DNA from: Eledone cirrhosa
Taxonomy: Eukaryota
Assembly: GCA_964016885.1 (NCBI GenBank)
Contig: OZ024756.1
Coordinates: 19,840,001 to 19,904,000 of the forward strand
Length of the DNA stretch: 64,000 nt
Direction of reading: 5' to 3'
The position numbers and the translations under genes were made by a program. Each line of letters starts with the position of its first letter. Position 1 is the first letter of the stretch. Below are positions 1 through 13,122 of the stretch, piece after piece. Under the pieces are notes generated by a model. The model was given only the letters and a program-made list of their open reading frames with translations, did no database searches and was not told where the DNA came from.

Positions 1-128
1 ATCTTTGTGTGTTGGTATTTTAACGATAGTTATAGCTCTGATTTATCTGAATTATTGAGCCCTCTGCCACTCATGTCGAATTTGTTTATCGTAAACTCGT
101 GAGCCGATTTTCCGATACTCGATTATTC

Positions 129-196
<68 letters not shown>

Positions 197-198
<2 letters not shown>

Positions 199-405
199 CG
201 AAGGAAATGTGGTAAGGAACCAGATGGACCATAACGCACCAAAGTACTCAATACTTAGGGTAGTACAGTGGGTAATAGGAACGAGTAGGACCCCGACGGC
301 TAAGCTCAAGCCGTTTCGACGGCTAATTCTGGACTAGGCTAATTCTAGTCCAGAATTAGCCGTCGAAAAGGCTTGAGCTCAGCCGTCGGGGTCCTACTCG
401 TTCCT
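197..405. mobile_element. Short fold-back element inserted in (TA)n; family also at 1861-1985, 23704-23890, 30337-30432, 47405-47535 (probable Penelope-like pseudo-LTR fragment)
   Basis: Shared sequence AACGAAGGAAnTGTGGTAAGGAACCAGATGGACCATAACGCA...GGACCCCGACGGCT in five places. Each copy abuts TA or TA/CA repeats and includes an inverted or rearranged segment (here ~277-330 vs ~345-405). Confidence 0.6.
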
Positions 406-487
406 ATATATATATATATACAAAAATATATAAATGTGTATATATATATATACATACATATATATAAATCTCTATATATATACATAC

Positions 488-518
<31 letters not shown>

Positions 519-533
519 CATATATATTTTTTT

Positions 534-755
534 TAACGATCGACTTTCGTCAAATCGGACCGAGGGAACAATGTTTCCGTTGGTCTTTCCAATTGCTAAT
601 ACTATCTATCGGTCGCAACTCCAGGTAGAAGGAACAACGTGAAATAAAGTGTCTTGCTCAAGGACATAACGCATCGCCTGCTCTAGGAATCGAACTCACA
701 ATTCCTAGAGCAGGCGATGCGTTATGTCCTTGAGCAAGACACTTTATTTCACGTT
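534..755 (-). mobile_element. tRNA-derived CORE-like SINE, 5'-truncated with fold-back
   Basis: Reverse complement of the SINE at 1131-1343. Positions ~635-690 are mirrored at ~701-755. Confidence 0.75.
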
Positions 756-857
756 ATATACATATATATATAAATGTATATATATATATATATATACATA
801 TATATATGTATATGTGTGTGTATATATATATATATAATGTATTTAAATATTGTATAT

Positions 858-905
<48 letters not shown>

Positions 906-1130
906 CACACACACATATATATAATTACGATAAAAGAAGCCTATTAAAGTGAAATACTAAGTGAGAAGACGTGGTATCTTCTCAGGTTTCTCCAACGGTA
1001 AGACGTCGGGAACAGCTTTGAGGGTTAATTATTATAATTTGTATCAAAGTTCAAAATAATTCGACACCCAGATAGAAAACAAAGGCATACACATATTGGG
1101 ATGTGTACGTGTATGTATATATATATATAT

Positions 1131-1340
1131 GTGTGGCTGAGTGGTTAGAGAATTGGATTCGCAATCGTAAGGTTGTGAGTTCGATTCCTGGACCAGGCGA
1201 TGCGTTATGTCCTTGAGCAAGACACTTTATTTCACGTTGCTCCTTCTACCTGGAGTTGCGACCGATAGATAGTATTAGCAATTGAAAAGACCAACGGAAA
1301 CATTGTTCCCTCGGTCCGATTTGACGAAAGTCGATCGTTC

Positions 1341-1343
<3 letters not shown>
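1131..1343 (+). mobile_element. tRNA-derived CORE-like SINE
   Basis: Pol III A box TGGCTGAGTGG and B box GTTCGATTCC, followed by CORE-like TGTCCTTGAGCAAGACACTTTATTTCAC. Confidence 0.8.
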
Positions 1344-1381
<38 letters not shown>

Positions 1382-1411
1382 ATATATACACACACATACA
1401 TGTATATATAT

Positions 1412-1468
<57 letters not shown>

Positions 1469-1622
1469 TATATATATATATAACCAAAAGTTAAACAAGG
1501 TTCAGGATTAATCAATGAATATAGTTTTACAATAGATTAGAAGCACTCAACTGGGAGTTTTCTGGAGTTATTAATATTATTCAAAATATTAATAAATGGA
1601 TACATTCATGTAATCAAAATAT

Positions 1623-1687
1623 ATTTTATTATATATATTTCGGAGGTATTGTGCTGTTTTTTCAGTACGTCCTCATCAGATAAAATA
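1623..1687 (-). ncRNA. Type-I hammerhead ribozyme motif (family A) within ~260-bp repeat 1485-1745
   Basis: Minus strand reads TATTTTAT-CTGATGA-GGA C GTA...TAC C TCC-GAAA-TATATA-TA-ATAAAATA. Stems I, II, III and the catalytic core are all present. Confidence 0.75.
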
Positions 1688-1741
1688 TATAAATTGATGT
1701 ATGACATACCTCAACTGTGCTGATGGTTCAAATCCAGTCTT

Positions 1742-1787
<46 letters not shown>

Positions 1788-1817
1788 CATGTATGTGTAT
1801 ATATATATACACATACA

Positions 1818-1861
<44 letters not shown>

Positions 1862-2033
1862 ACGAAGGAAGTGTGGTAAGGAACCAGATCGACCATAACG
1901 CACGAGAGTACTCAATACTTAGGGTAGTAGAGTGGTCCAGAAATACCCGTCCAAACGGCTTTCCCTCTGCCGTCGGGGTCTTGAACATTTTTCTCTCTCT
2001 CTCTCTATATATATATATACATACATACATGTC

Positions 2034-2117
<84 letters not shown>

Positions 2118-2307
2118 CTCACGCAGATACACACACACACACACATATATATGTGTGTGTGTGTGTGTCTGTGTGTGTGTATCTGAAAATATATATATAT
2201 GTATATATGTGTGTATGTTATGCAAGAAATGCTTAATTACTTAATTAAGAAATGGTTAATTACTTGGAATAAATTACCTTTTTATGATGTCAACCTGTTT
2301 TATTAAT

Positions 2308-2378
<71 letters not shown>

Positions 2379-2406
2379 AACAAAAGATGGTTAAAAGTGT
2401 TCTATG

Positions 2407-2476
2407 TATTTTATTATGCGCATTTCAAAAACAAATATCATCATGCAATAATATTTGTGTTTTCATCAGATAAAAC
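2407..2476 (-). ncRNA. Type-I hammerhead ribozyme motif (left arm of inverted repeat 2373-2700)
   Basis: Minus strand reads TTTTAT-CTGATGA-AAA C ACAAATAT...ATATTTGT T TTT-GAAA-TGCGCA-TA-ATAAAA. Confidence 0.75.
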
Positions 2477-2593
2477 AGGAAGACATGATATAAAGGTTAA
2501 AAAACACTTGTGGATAGTGCAGTTAGTGCAGATATGTTGATTTAAAACTGCACTATCCACAAGTGTTTTTTAACCTTCATATCATGTCTTCCT

Positions 2594-2662
2594 TTTTTAT
2601 CTGATGAAAACACAAATGTCATCGCATGATGATATTTGTTTTTGAAATGCGCATAATAAAAT
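2594..2662 (+). ncRNA. Type-I hammerhead ribozyme motif (right arm of inverted repeat)
   Basis: TTTTAT-CTGATGA(2601)-AAACACAAATGTCATC GCAT GATGATATTTGTTTTT-GAAA(2644)-TGCGCA-TA-ATAAAA. Stem III palindrome is ATGCGCAT. Confidence 0.8.
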
Positions 2663-2786
2663 ACATGGAACTCTTTTAACCATCTTTTGTTCTTATATAT
2701 TATGTATACTCCAGTCCTACAAACTGTAGAGTGCTTCTTATCCGATATCTGCATTGCTTTATTGTACTACAATAAAACTCACCTCC

Positions 2787-2945
<159 letters not shown>

Positions 2946-2960
2946 ATATATATATGTATA

Positions 2961-3005
<45 letters not shown>

Positions 3006-3137
3006 GTATGTATATATGTGTGTGCATGTATGGTTGTGTGTATGTGTGATATGCGTGTGAAATAATGTTTTATTCTAATATGAATTACATTTCTTTGTCA
3101 ATTGTTTCAATAACTATTTAGTTAGGGTTAGGGTTAT

Positions 3138-3880
3138 CTGGTGGTGGTGGTGGTGGTGGTGGTGGAGGTAGTGGTGGTGGTGGTGGTGGTGGTAGTGATG
3201 GTGGTGGTGGTGGAGGTAGTGGTGGTTGTGGTGGTGGTGGGTAATGTGGAGGTCGAGGAGAGGGTAGGGGATGGGGCTGAGAGAAAGAAAAGAAAAGATA
3301 AAAAACAAACATGAAGGAAAGAAATAAAAACAGTATTTTGTATGTGTGTGTGTTGTGTAGTGTGTGTGCGCGTGTGTGTTGTGTAGTGTGTGTGTGTGTG
3401 TGTGTGTTGTATAGTGTGTGTGTGTTGTATAGTGTGTGTGTGTTGTATAGTGTGCGTTTGTTGTATAGTGTGTGTGTGCGCGTGTGTGTTGTGTAGTGTG
3501 TGTGTTGTATAGTGTGTGTGTGCGCGTTAGTGTGTTGTGTAGTGTGTGTGTGTTGTGTAGTGTGTGTGGGTTGTGTGTGTGTGTGTGTGTTGTGTAGTGT
3601 GTGTAAGAGAGTTTAAGATTGTGTGTGTGTGTGTGTGTGAGTTTAAGATTGTGTGTAGTGTGTGTGTGAGTTTAAGATTGTGTGTAGTGTGTGTGTGTGT
3701 GTATGAGAGTTTAAGATTGTGTGTGTGTGTAGTGTGTGTGTAAGAGCATTTAAGACACTGTGTGCGTGTGTGTGTGTAAAAGAGTTTAAGATTGTGTGTG
3801 TGTGCGTAGTGTGTGTGTGTGTGTAAGAGAGTTTAAGATTGTGTGTGTGTGCGTAGTGTGTATGTAAGAGTGTGTGTGTG
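3138..3880. repeat. (GGT)n and degenerate (GT)n microsatellite/minisatellite tract
   Basis: Direct inspection of the sequence. Confidence 0.9.
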
Positions 3881-4389
3881 TTAGGCATTATAAAAACCTG
3901 GAGTTAACCATCTTCTCTCTTTGAACACAGAAAGGAAGTGAGAAAGAGATATAGAGGAAGAATCAACACCAGTACTAGACTGGGACTTTATTTTATCGAC
4001 CTTGACTTTCAGAGGCATGTGAGTCCACACCAAAGAGGAGGTAAGCTAGTCAAGACCGTTCGCAGGGAACACGTTGGCATAGATTAAAATGAACAAGCCA
4101 TGAAGTACTCAACCAGGGCTTCCATAAAGAAAATAAAGACATTTGCAAGCAATTAATAAATAAATCGAATTATAATAAATAGAATAAAAAGTTCAACTTA
4201 TAATTTGAATGCAGGTTAATTCACTGAGAGTTTAAAACAATAATCAAACGAAGCTATCGAATAGGACCGACAAAGCTTCGTCGTTTTCTCACTCAATGAG
4301 TTAATTAAGAGAGTAATTAAATCGTGCGAAACCATTTTGCTTGTTTGAGAGCTGATGAGGGTGAAGATATGTATGTGTGTGTGTGTAAA

Positions 4390-4878
4390 CTTGTCTTGTA
4401 CATCGCCTTTCCATATTGTCTTCTTTCAGTTCAATTCTGCGTACCAGTGCACTTCTCCTTTTCCTCCTTCTCTTTCAATCTTTTCTATATTTCATTTGCC
4501 TGTCACCCACCTTTTGGTTTGTGACCCTGACCACCTGGGCAAGTGCCCTCTCCCTCCCAGTTTTCCACCTTCAATTTACAGGCCCATTCACTCGGGCCAT
4601 GCTTGCCTCTCTCACCCATCTTTCAACAAAATGCTGGGAAGAGAGCACTTCCCTCTCTACCCTGATTTTCCTTTTCCAATGAAATTTGAAAAAGTTAATC
4701 AGGGCATTACCGAAGAGGTAAGTGCTCGTCTTCAGCTCTTTCAAGCGCGTCCACCACACTATCTCTTTTGCCATGGCCGCCAGACAGATTACAATTGCCT
4801 GCCCTTCCTGGCTAAAGGAAGACGGCGGGGCAATCACCACGATGGACTCAGCTGATATCCGGATCCGCCCTACACGCG
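4390..4878 (-). mobile_element. 5'-truncated Tx1-clade LINE fragment (ORF2 C-terminus plus 3' UTR)
   Basis: ORF 4571-4942 contains AMAKEIVWWTRLK...KIRVEREVL...FVERWVREASMARVNGP, matching the C-terminus of ORF 13978-17439 (AMAKEVVWWTRLK...RIRMEREVL...ERWVKVARMARVNGP). Confidence 0.85.
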
Positions 4879-7157
4879 ACATACCTACACTCACATACAT
4901 ATATTGGTGTATACAGACGTACACACACATACATACATACACTCACATACATATATTAGTGTATACAGACGAACACATACACAAACCTACACTCACATAC
5001 ATATATTGGTGTATACAGACGTACACACACATACATACATACACTCACATACATATATTACTGTATACAGACGTACACATACACAAACCTACACTGACAT
5101 ACATATATTGGTGTATACAGACGTACACACACATACATACATACACTCACATACATATATTACCGTATACAGACGTACACATACACAAACCTACACTCAC
5201 ATACATATATTGGTGTATACAGACGTACACACACATACATACATACACTCACATACATATATTACTGTATACAGACGTACACACACATACATACATACAC
5301 TCACATACATATATTGGTGTATACAGACGTACACACACACAAACCTACACTCACATACATATATTGGTGTATACAGACGTACACATACATACATACATAC
5401 ACTCACATACATATATTGGTGTATACAGACGTACACACACACAAACCTACACTCACATACATATATTGGTGTATACAGACGTACACACACATACATACAT
5501 ACACTCACATACATATATTAGTGTATACAGACTTACACACACACAAACCTACACTCACATACATATATTGGTGTATACAGACGTGCACACATACATACAC
5601 TCACATACATATATTAGTGTATACAGACGTACACACACACAAACCTACACTCACATACATATATTGGTGTATACAGACGTGCACACATACATACACTCAC
5701 ATACATATATTAGTGTATACAGACGTACACACACACAAACCTACACTCACATACATATATTGGTGTATACAGACGTACACACACATACATACATACACTC
5801 ACATACATATATTACTGTATACAGACGTACACACACACAAACCTACACTGACATACATATATTGGTGTATACAGACGTACACACATACATACATACACTC
5901 ACATACATATATTACTGTATACAGACGTACACATACATACATACATACACTCACATACATATATTGGTGTATACAGACGTACACACACACACATACATAT
6001 ATTGGTGTAACCACACATACACACACATACACCTTCACACATACATACCTTCAGCCACATATATATTTTGGTATACATACTCGTACACATAGATAAATAC
6101 ACACATATACATACCTTCATACACATACATGTATTGATATACACACACGTAGACACACACACACACACACTCATATACATATATTGGTATACATACTCGT
6201 ACACATAAATACATACACACGCATACATACCTTCACACACATACATATATTGATATACACACATGTACACACACACACACACCCATATACATATATTGGT
6301 ATACATACACGTACACATACATACCTTCGCCCGCATACATATATTGGTGTAGGTGCATGTATGCATACATACACATATCTACATATTTACACATACGTAT
6401 ACAAACATACACATACATGCACACACATGCATGTACATATATCCATATACATATGCATACATACACATAAACGTATATACACGTATGAACACATACTTAC
6501 ACATCCATACATATACACACACACACATACATGTACGTATACAGAGAAATATATAATGAACCTACACATACGTACACATACATACATACACATATGTACA
6601 CATACATACATGCACATACATATCCATACACAAACATACACATACACATACATACACATAAATACACACCCATACATATTCGTACACATACATACACATA
6701 AATACACACCCATACACATTCGTACACATACATACACATAAATACACACCCATACACATTCGTTCACATACATACGCATAAATACACACCCATACACATT
6801 CGTACACATACATACACATAAATACACACCCATACACATTCGTACACATACATACACATAAATACACACCCATACACATTTGTACACATACATACACATA
6901 AATACACACCCATACACATTCGTACACATACATACGCATAAATACACACCCATACTCATTCGTACACATACATACACATAAATACACACCCATACACATT
7001 CGTACACATACATACACATAAATACACATTCGTACACACACATACACACACACGCATACACATACGTACACATACATACACATAAATACAGACCCGTACA
7101 CATACATGCGCACCCATACACATACGTACACATACACACACACATACGTACACACAT
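4879..7157. repeat. CA/TA-rich minisatellites (~45-bp unit 4880-6010; 40-bp unit ~6650-7020)
   Basis: Repeats of ACTCACATACATATATTGGTGTATACAGACGTACACAC and CGTACACATACATACACATAAATACACACCCATACACATT. Confidence 0.9.
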
Positions 7158-7261
7158 AACTATATAATGAAAGATTTATTTTTATTTGCTAATGAGGTGG
7201 TAATTAAAGAAATGTCGAATCGATTTTGTGTCAAACACGGAAATAGTTCAAATGATGTTAC

Positions 7262-7262
<1 letters not shown>

Positions 7263-7314
<52 letters not shown>

Positions 7315-8250
7315 CCACCACCACCACCACCACCGCCTTTGCCACCATCATTGCTACCCCAACCATCATTATGGCCACCACTACCCCCTACCATCTCCAC
7401 CACCATCACCACCACCATCACCACTGCCACCACCACTATCAACACCACCTCCACCATCATCAACACCACCTCCACCACCACTATCAACACCACCTCCACC
7501 ACTATCAACACCACCTCCACCACCACTATCAACACCACCATCACCACTGCCACCACCACTATCAACACCACCTCCACCATCATCAACACCACTGCCTCCA
7601 CCACCATCAACACCACACCACCATCACCACTGCCACCACCACTATCAACACCACCTCCACCACCATCAACACCACCATCATCAACACCACCTCCACCACC
7701 ACTACCAACACCACCTCCACCATCACCACTGCCAACACCAACACCACCTCCACCATCATCAACACCACTGCCTCCACCACCATCACCACTGCCACCACCA
7801 CTATCAACACCACCTCCACCATCATCAACACCACCTCCACCACCACCATCAATACCACCTCCACCATCATCAACACCACTGCCTCCACCACCATCAACAC
7901 CACACCACCATCATTGCCCTCACAACCAACACCGCCTCCACCATCATCAACACCACTGCCTCCACCACCATCAACACCACCCCGCCATCATTGACCCCAC
8001 AACCAACACCACCTCCACCACCAACATCACCATTGCTACCAGAACCAACACCACCACCACAACCACCATCATTGCCACTATCACCAACACCTCCACCACC
8101 ATTGCCACCACTAACCACCTCCACCACAACCAACTCCACCGCTACCACCATCATTGCCACCACCACCACCACCACCACCACCACCACCACCACCACCACC
8201 ACAATCGCTACTACTGCTTCCACCACCTCCACCACCACCATTACCACCAA
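7263..8250. repeat. (CAG)n followed by degenerate (CCA)n trinucleotide tract
   Basis: Direct inspection; the ORFs here are low-complexity artefacts. Confidence 0.9.
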
Positions 8251-8961
8251 CTAGCAGAAAAACCAACCTACGGGTGGTTTTCTGCTAGCATGTGTAGTGT
8301 GTATATTGATATATATACACAAATATATATCATCATCATCATCATTCGTCGACTACTGTCGAGATGATGGATCTCACCCTCATGCCCCAGAATTCCCTGT
8401 CCCCCATCGCTGCCCCCAGGTCCTGTCTACTGATTCCCATATCCCTAGAGATAACTGTTTCTACTTTTGGCACAAGGCCAGTAATTACCCAGTACATTAC
8501 TGGTACTTTATTTTATCGACCCCGTAAGGATGAAAGGCAAAGTTAACCTCGGCGGGATGGAATGACAGCTTCCTACTCCTAGTCAAATATATATACATGT
8601 AGATATTATACACAAATATATATACATGTAGATATGATACATCAAATAAAATCGTAATTGACAATATACACAGAAATTGAACGAAGTCTATGTTACACTG
8701 TCTTCTGTAATCAGTAATGTAATCATTGATACATTTAAAAAAAGACGATATCATATATAAACTGCATCAGGAGAAAATATATGCGATATTTTTATATGCG
8801 TTATTATATAACAGCCGCTAACCGGAAGTGTTGACATTTGAAAAATTTAAAGAAGGGAATTTTAAAGATCTTTAAATAAGCTATAAAATATATTTAATCA
8901 ACATCCACGAAATTTAGCACATAAATTATGTAATATTCATTCATTATTTATTCAAACTTGT

Positions 8962-9500
8962 GGTGGATTGGCAGTATCGGTAGAGAGTCGGACGCCATGC
9001 TTTCCAGCATAGTTACGTCCCTTTACGGTCTGAGTTCAAATCCCGCCGAGGTTTACTTTGCCTTTCATCCTTACGGGGTCGATAAAATAAAGTACCAGTA
9101 ATGCACTGGGTAATTGCTGGCCTTGTGCCTAAAGTAGAAACAATTATTTATTCAAACTTTACCTTTCATCTTTACGGGGTCGATAAAATAAAGTACCAGT
9201 AATACACTGGGATAATTGCTGGCCTTGTGCCAAAAGTAGAAGCAATTATTTATTCAAAGTGGATTGGCAGTGGATTGGCAGTGGATTGGCAGTGGATTTG
9301 CAGTGGATTGGCAGTGGATTTGCAGTATCGGTAGAGGGTCGGACGCCATGCTTTGACGCATAGAGTTACGGCCCTTGCCATTCTGAGTTCAAATCCCGTC
9401 GAGGTTAACTTTGCCTTTCATCCTTACGGGGGTCGATAAAATAAAGTACCAGTAATACACTGGGACAATTGCTGGCCTTGTTGTGCCAAAACAAATATTT
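8962..9500 (+). mobile_element. Cluster of tRNA-derived Meta-domain-like SINEs (dominant SINE family of the window, roughly 20 copies or fragments)
   Basis: GGTGGATTGGCAGTATCGGTAGAG...GAGTTCAAATCCCGCCGAGG...GCCTTTCATCCTTACGGGGTCGATAAAATAAAGTACCAG...GTAGAAACAATTATT. Other copies lie at ~8449-8556, 11428-11535, 20141-20415, 20904-21008, 22001-22120, 24980-25430, 30660-30850, 40960-41325, 42080-42780 and 51095-51225. Confidence 0.85.
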
Positions 9501-9748
9501 ATTCAAAGTAATCCAACTTATTTTAGAAACGGGGTAAACAAAATATATTCTGGACGCAGTCCCGCACTCCTTACTTTATTATAGTTAAGATTACAATAAG
9601 ACAATAAGAACATGGCGATAGCAAACACGACGAAATAAAAAAACACAAAAACAAATATACGAAACATTTAATGCAACCTCCCCCCCCACACACACACAAC
9701 AACACCACCACCAACAACAGTAACAACAACAACACCGACAACAGTAGC

Positions 9749-9779
<31 letters not shown>

Positions 9780-9943
9780 GTAACAGCAACATCATGAGAA
9801 ACACAAGAAAAACAACGTGAAGGCAAAAGAAATAGCTTTTAACTGTGAAGGCAAAAGAAATAGCTTTTAATTGACTGAAACCAATTCTAATATACTTCGT
9901 TCATTTTTTTTTTTCAAACTATTACGATGATTGTGAAGATTCA

Positions 9944-10135
9944 TGGCTTAGCGGTTAGAAACGTCGGGCTTACAATCGTGAGGTTGTCAGGTCGATTCTC
10001 CGACCGGGTGATGCGTTGTGTTCTTGAGCAAGACACTTTATTTCACGTTGCTCCAGTTTACTCAGCTGTAGAAATGAGTTGTGATGTCACTGGTGGTAAG
10101 CTGTATCAGCAATTGCCTTTCTATTGGACATCACC
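9944..10135 (+). mobile_element. tRNA-derived CORE-like SINE; its 3' portion is repeated and continued at 10365-11020
   Basis: TGGCTTAGCGGTTAG A box, GTCGATTC B-box-like motif, then TTCTTGAGCAAGACACTTTATTTCACGTTGCTCC. Confidence 0.75.
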
Positions 10136-10216
10136 ATATCTCGTGTATATATATACTGAACATAGTGTATATATATATATATATATTATATCTAGTGTAT
10201 ATATATACTGAACATA

Positions 10217-10353
<137 letters not shown>

Positions 10354-11089
10354 GTGTATATATGAGTTGTGATGTCTCTGGTGCCAAGCTGTATCGGCCA
10401 TTGCTTTTCCCTTTGACATCATTGTATATAAAGTGTATATATACTGTATATAGGGTGTATATATAGTGTATATATACTGTATATATACTGTATATATAGT
10501 GTATAAACACTATATATATACTGTATATATATAATATACTGTGTATATAGTGTATATATATACTGTATAGATATAATGTATATATACTGTATATATAGTG
10601 TATATATACTGTATATATGTGTATATACAGTATATATAGTGTATATATAGTGTATGTTGTGACATCATTGGTGCCAAGCTGTATCAGCCTGTAGAAATGC
10701 GTTGTGACGTCACTGGTGCCAAGCTGTATCAGCCATAGCCTTTCCCTTGGTCAACATTGTATATAGTGTATATATAGTGTATATATAGAGCATAGAGTGT
10801 ATATAGAGAGTACACAGTGTACATATAGAGTATGTTGTGACGTCACTGGTGCCAAGCTGTATCAGCCTTAGCCTTTCCCTTGGTCAACATCGGTGGCGTG
10901 GAGAGGGGAGACTGGTATGCATGGGCGACTGCTGGTCTTCCACAAACAACTTTTGCCGAACTTGAGCCTCGGAGGGGAACTTTCTAGGCGCAAATCCCAT
11001 GGTCCTCCGTGACCGAAGAGGGTCTTTACCCTTTACTATGACTAAGGTAGATGAGGGTGGAGAAAATGAAGGGCTGCCCCTCCTCCACC

Positions 11090-11593
11090 ACCAGTACATT
11101 TGTTAAAAGATGTGGTCGGGTAGGGTGGGGGTGAACGTTGCGAGGATGGCCAGTGTGAATGGGTCTACTCATATCATGCGCCTCCTCTCCTATAGGCTGG
11201 CTGATTTGGAGAGAAGAGGGGCGCACCCGCGGGTAGTCTTGGAGCGTCGGCTGGTTCAGGATTGGTGGGGTTCCTAAGTCACCCCAGGGTAGTCCTCCCC
11301 ACCCCCCTCATATTGAGGGAATTTTATTATTCTTATGTATTTTGTTATCTTTTTTGTACTCGACACTATTGGGGATTTCGATTGTTTTATTTTGTATATA
11401 TTTTATTGTCATCCATTATTATTGTTGGATCCCGCCGAGGTTAACTTTGCCTTTCATCCTTACGGGGTCGATAAAATAAAGTACCAGTAATACACTGGGT
11501 AATTGCTGGCCTTGTGCCAAAAGTAGAAACAATTAATATTGTTAAAGATTTTATTGTTAAAGATTTTTGTACGCCCCTGTGGCAAATAAAGAA
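11090..11593 (+). mobile_element. 3' end of a second, diverged Tx1-clade LINE copy, interrupted by a SINE fragment
   Basis: Translates as FVKR...VNVARMASVNGSTHIMRL, homologous to the ORF2 C-terminus. Ends in GCCCCTGTGGCAAATAAAGAA, like GCCCTAGTGGCAAATAAAAGAA at 17678-17700, and is followed directly by (CCTA)n. Confidence 0.75.
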
Positions 11594-13120
11594 TACCTAC
11601 CTACCTACCTAACTCCCTACCTCCCTACCTACCTACCTACCTCCCTACCTCCCTCCCTACCTCCCTACCTACCTCCCTACCTCCCTTCCTACCTACCTAC
11701 CTACCTACCTACCTACCTACCTACCTCGCTACCTCCCTCCCTCCCTCCCTCCCTCCCTCCCTACATCCCTCCCTCCCTACCTACCTACCTACCTACCTAT
11801 CGACCTACCTACCTACCTACCTACCTACCTACCTACCTACCTACCTACCTACCTACCTACCTACCAACCTACCTACCTACCAACCTACCTACCTATCGAC
11901 CTACCTACCTACCTACCTACCTACCTACCTACCTACCTACCTACCTACCTACCTACCTACCTATATACCTACCTACCTACCTACCTACCTACCTACCTAC
12001 CTACCTACCTATCGACCTACCTACCTACCTACCTACCTACCTACCTACCTACCTACCTACCTACCTACCTACCTACCTACCTACCTATCGACCTACCTAC
12101 CTACCTACCTACCTACCTACCTACCTACCTACCTACCTACCTACCTACCTACCTACCTACCTACCTACCAACCTACCTACCTATCGACCTACCTACCTAC
12201 CTACCTACCTACCTACCTACCTACCTACCTACCTACCTACCTACCTACCTACACACCTACCTACCTACCTACCTACCTACCTACCTACCTACCTACCTAC
12301 CTACCTACCTATCGACCTACCTACCTACCTACCTACCTACCTACCTACCTACCTACCTACCTATCGACCTACCTACCTACCTACCTACCTACCTTCCTAC
12401 CTACCTACCTACCTACCTACCTACCTACCTACCTACCTACCTATCGACCTACCTACCTACCTACCTACCTACCTACCTACCTACCTACCTCCCTCCCTCC
12501 CTCCCTCCCTCCCTCCCTACCTCCCTACCTCCCTACCTACCTACCTACCTACCTACCTACCTACCTACCTACCAACCTACCTACCTACCTACCTATCGAC
12601 CTACCTACCTACCTACCTACCTACCTACCTACCTACCTACCTACCTCCCTACCTCCCTACCTACCTCCCTACCTACCTACCTCCCTACCTACCTACCTAC
12701 CTACCTACCTACCTACCTCCCTACCTACCTACCTACCTACCTACCTACCTACCTACCTACCTACCTACCTACCTACCTACCTAGCTACCTCCCTACCTAC
12801 CTACCTCCCTCCCTACCTACCTACCTACCTACCTACCTCACTACCTACCTACCTACCTACCTACCTCCCTCCCTCCCTCCCTCCCTCCCTCCCTCCCTAC
12901 CTACCTCCCTACCTCCCTACCTAACTACCTACCTCCCTCCCTCCCTACCTACCTACCTACCTACCTACCTACCTACCTCCCTCCCTACCTACCTGCCTAC
13001 CTCCCTCCCTACCTACCTACCTACCTACCTCACTACCTACCTACCTCACTACCTACCTACCTACCTCCCTACCTACCTACCTACCTACCTCCCTACCTAC
13101 CTCCCTATCTATCTACCTAA
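11593..13120. repeat. ~1.5-kb (CCTA)n tetranucleotide microsatellite
   Basis: Direct inspection; variants include CCTC and ATCG. Confidence 0.95.
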
Positions 13121-13122
13121 CC

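Noticed and set aside
1131-1200. tRNA genes at SINE heads (also 9944 and 22896)
   Set aside because: A and B boxes are present, but I found no convincing cloverleaf and the sequence continues into SINE body.
3118-3135. TTAGGG telomeric repeats
   Set aside because: Only two to three units, which is too short to be meaningful.
11567-12784. 405-aa PTYL-repeat ORF upstream of the LINE as a possible ORF1 N-terminus
   Set aside because: It is pure (CCTA)n and stops at 12784, before the real ORF1 remnant begins.
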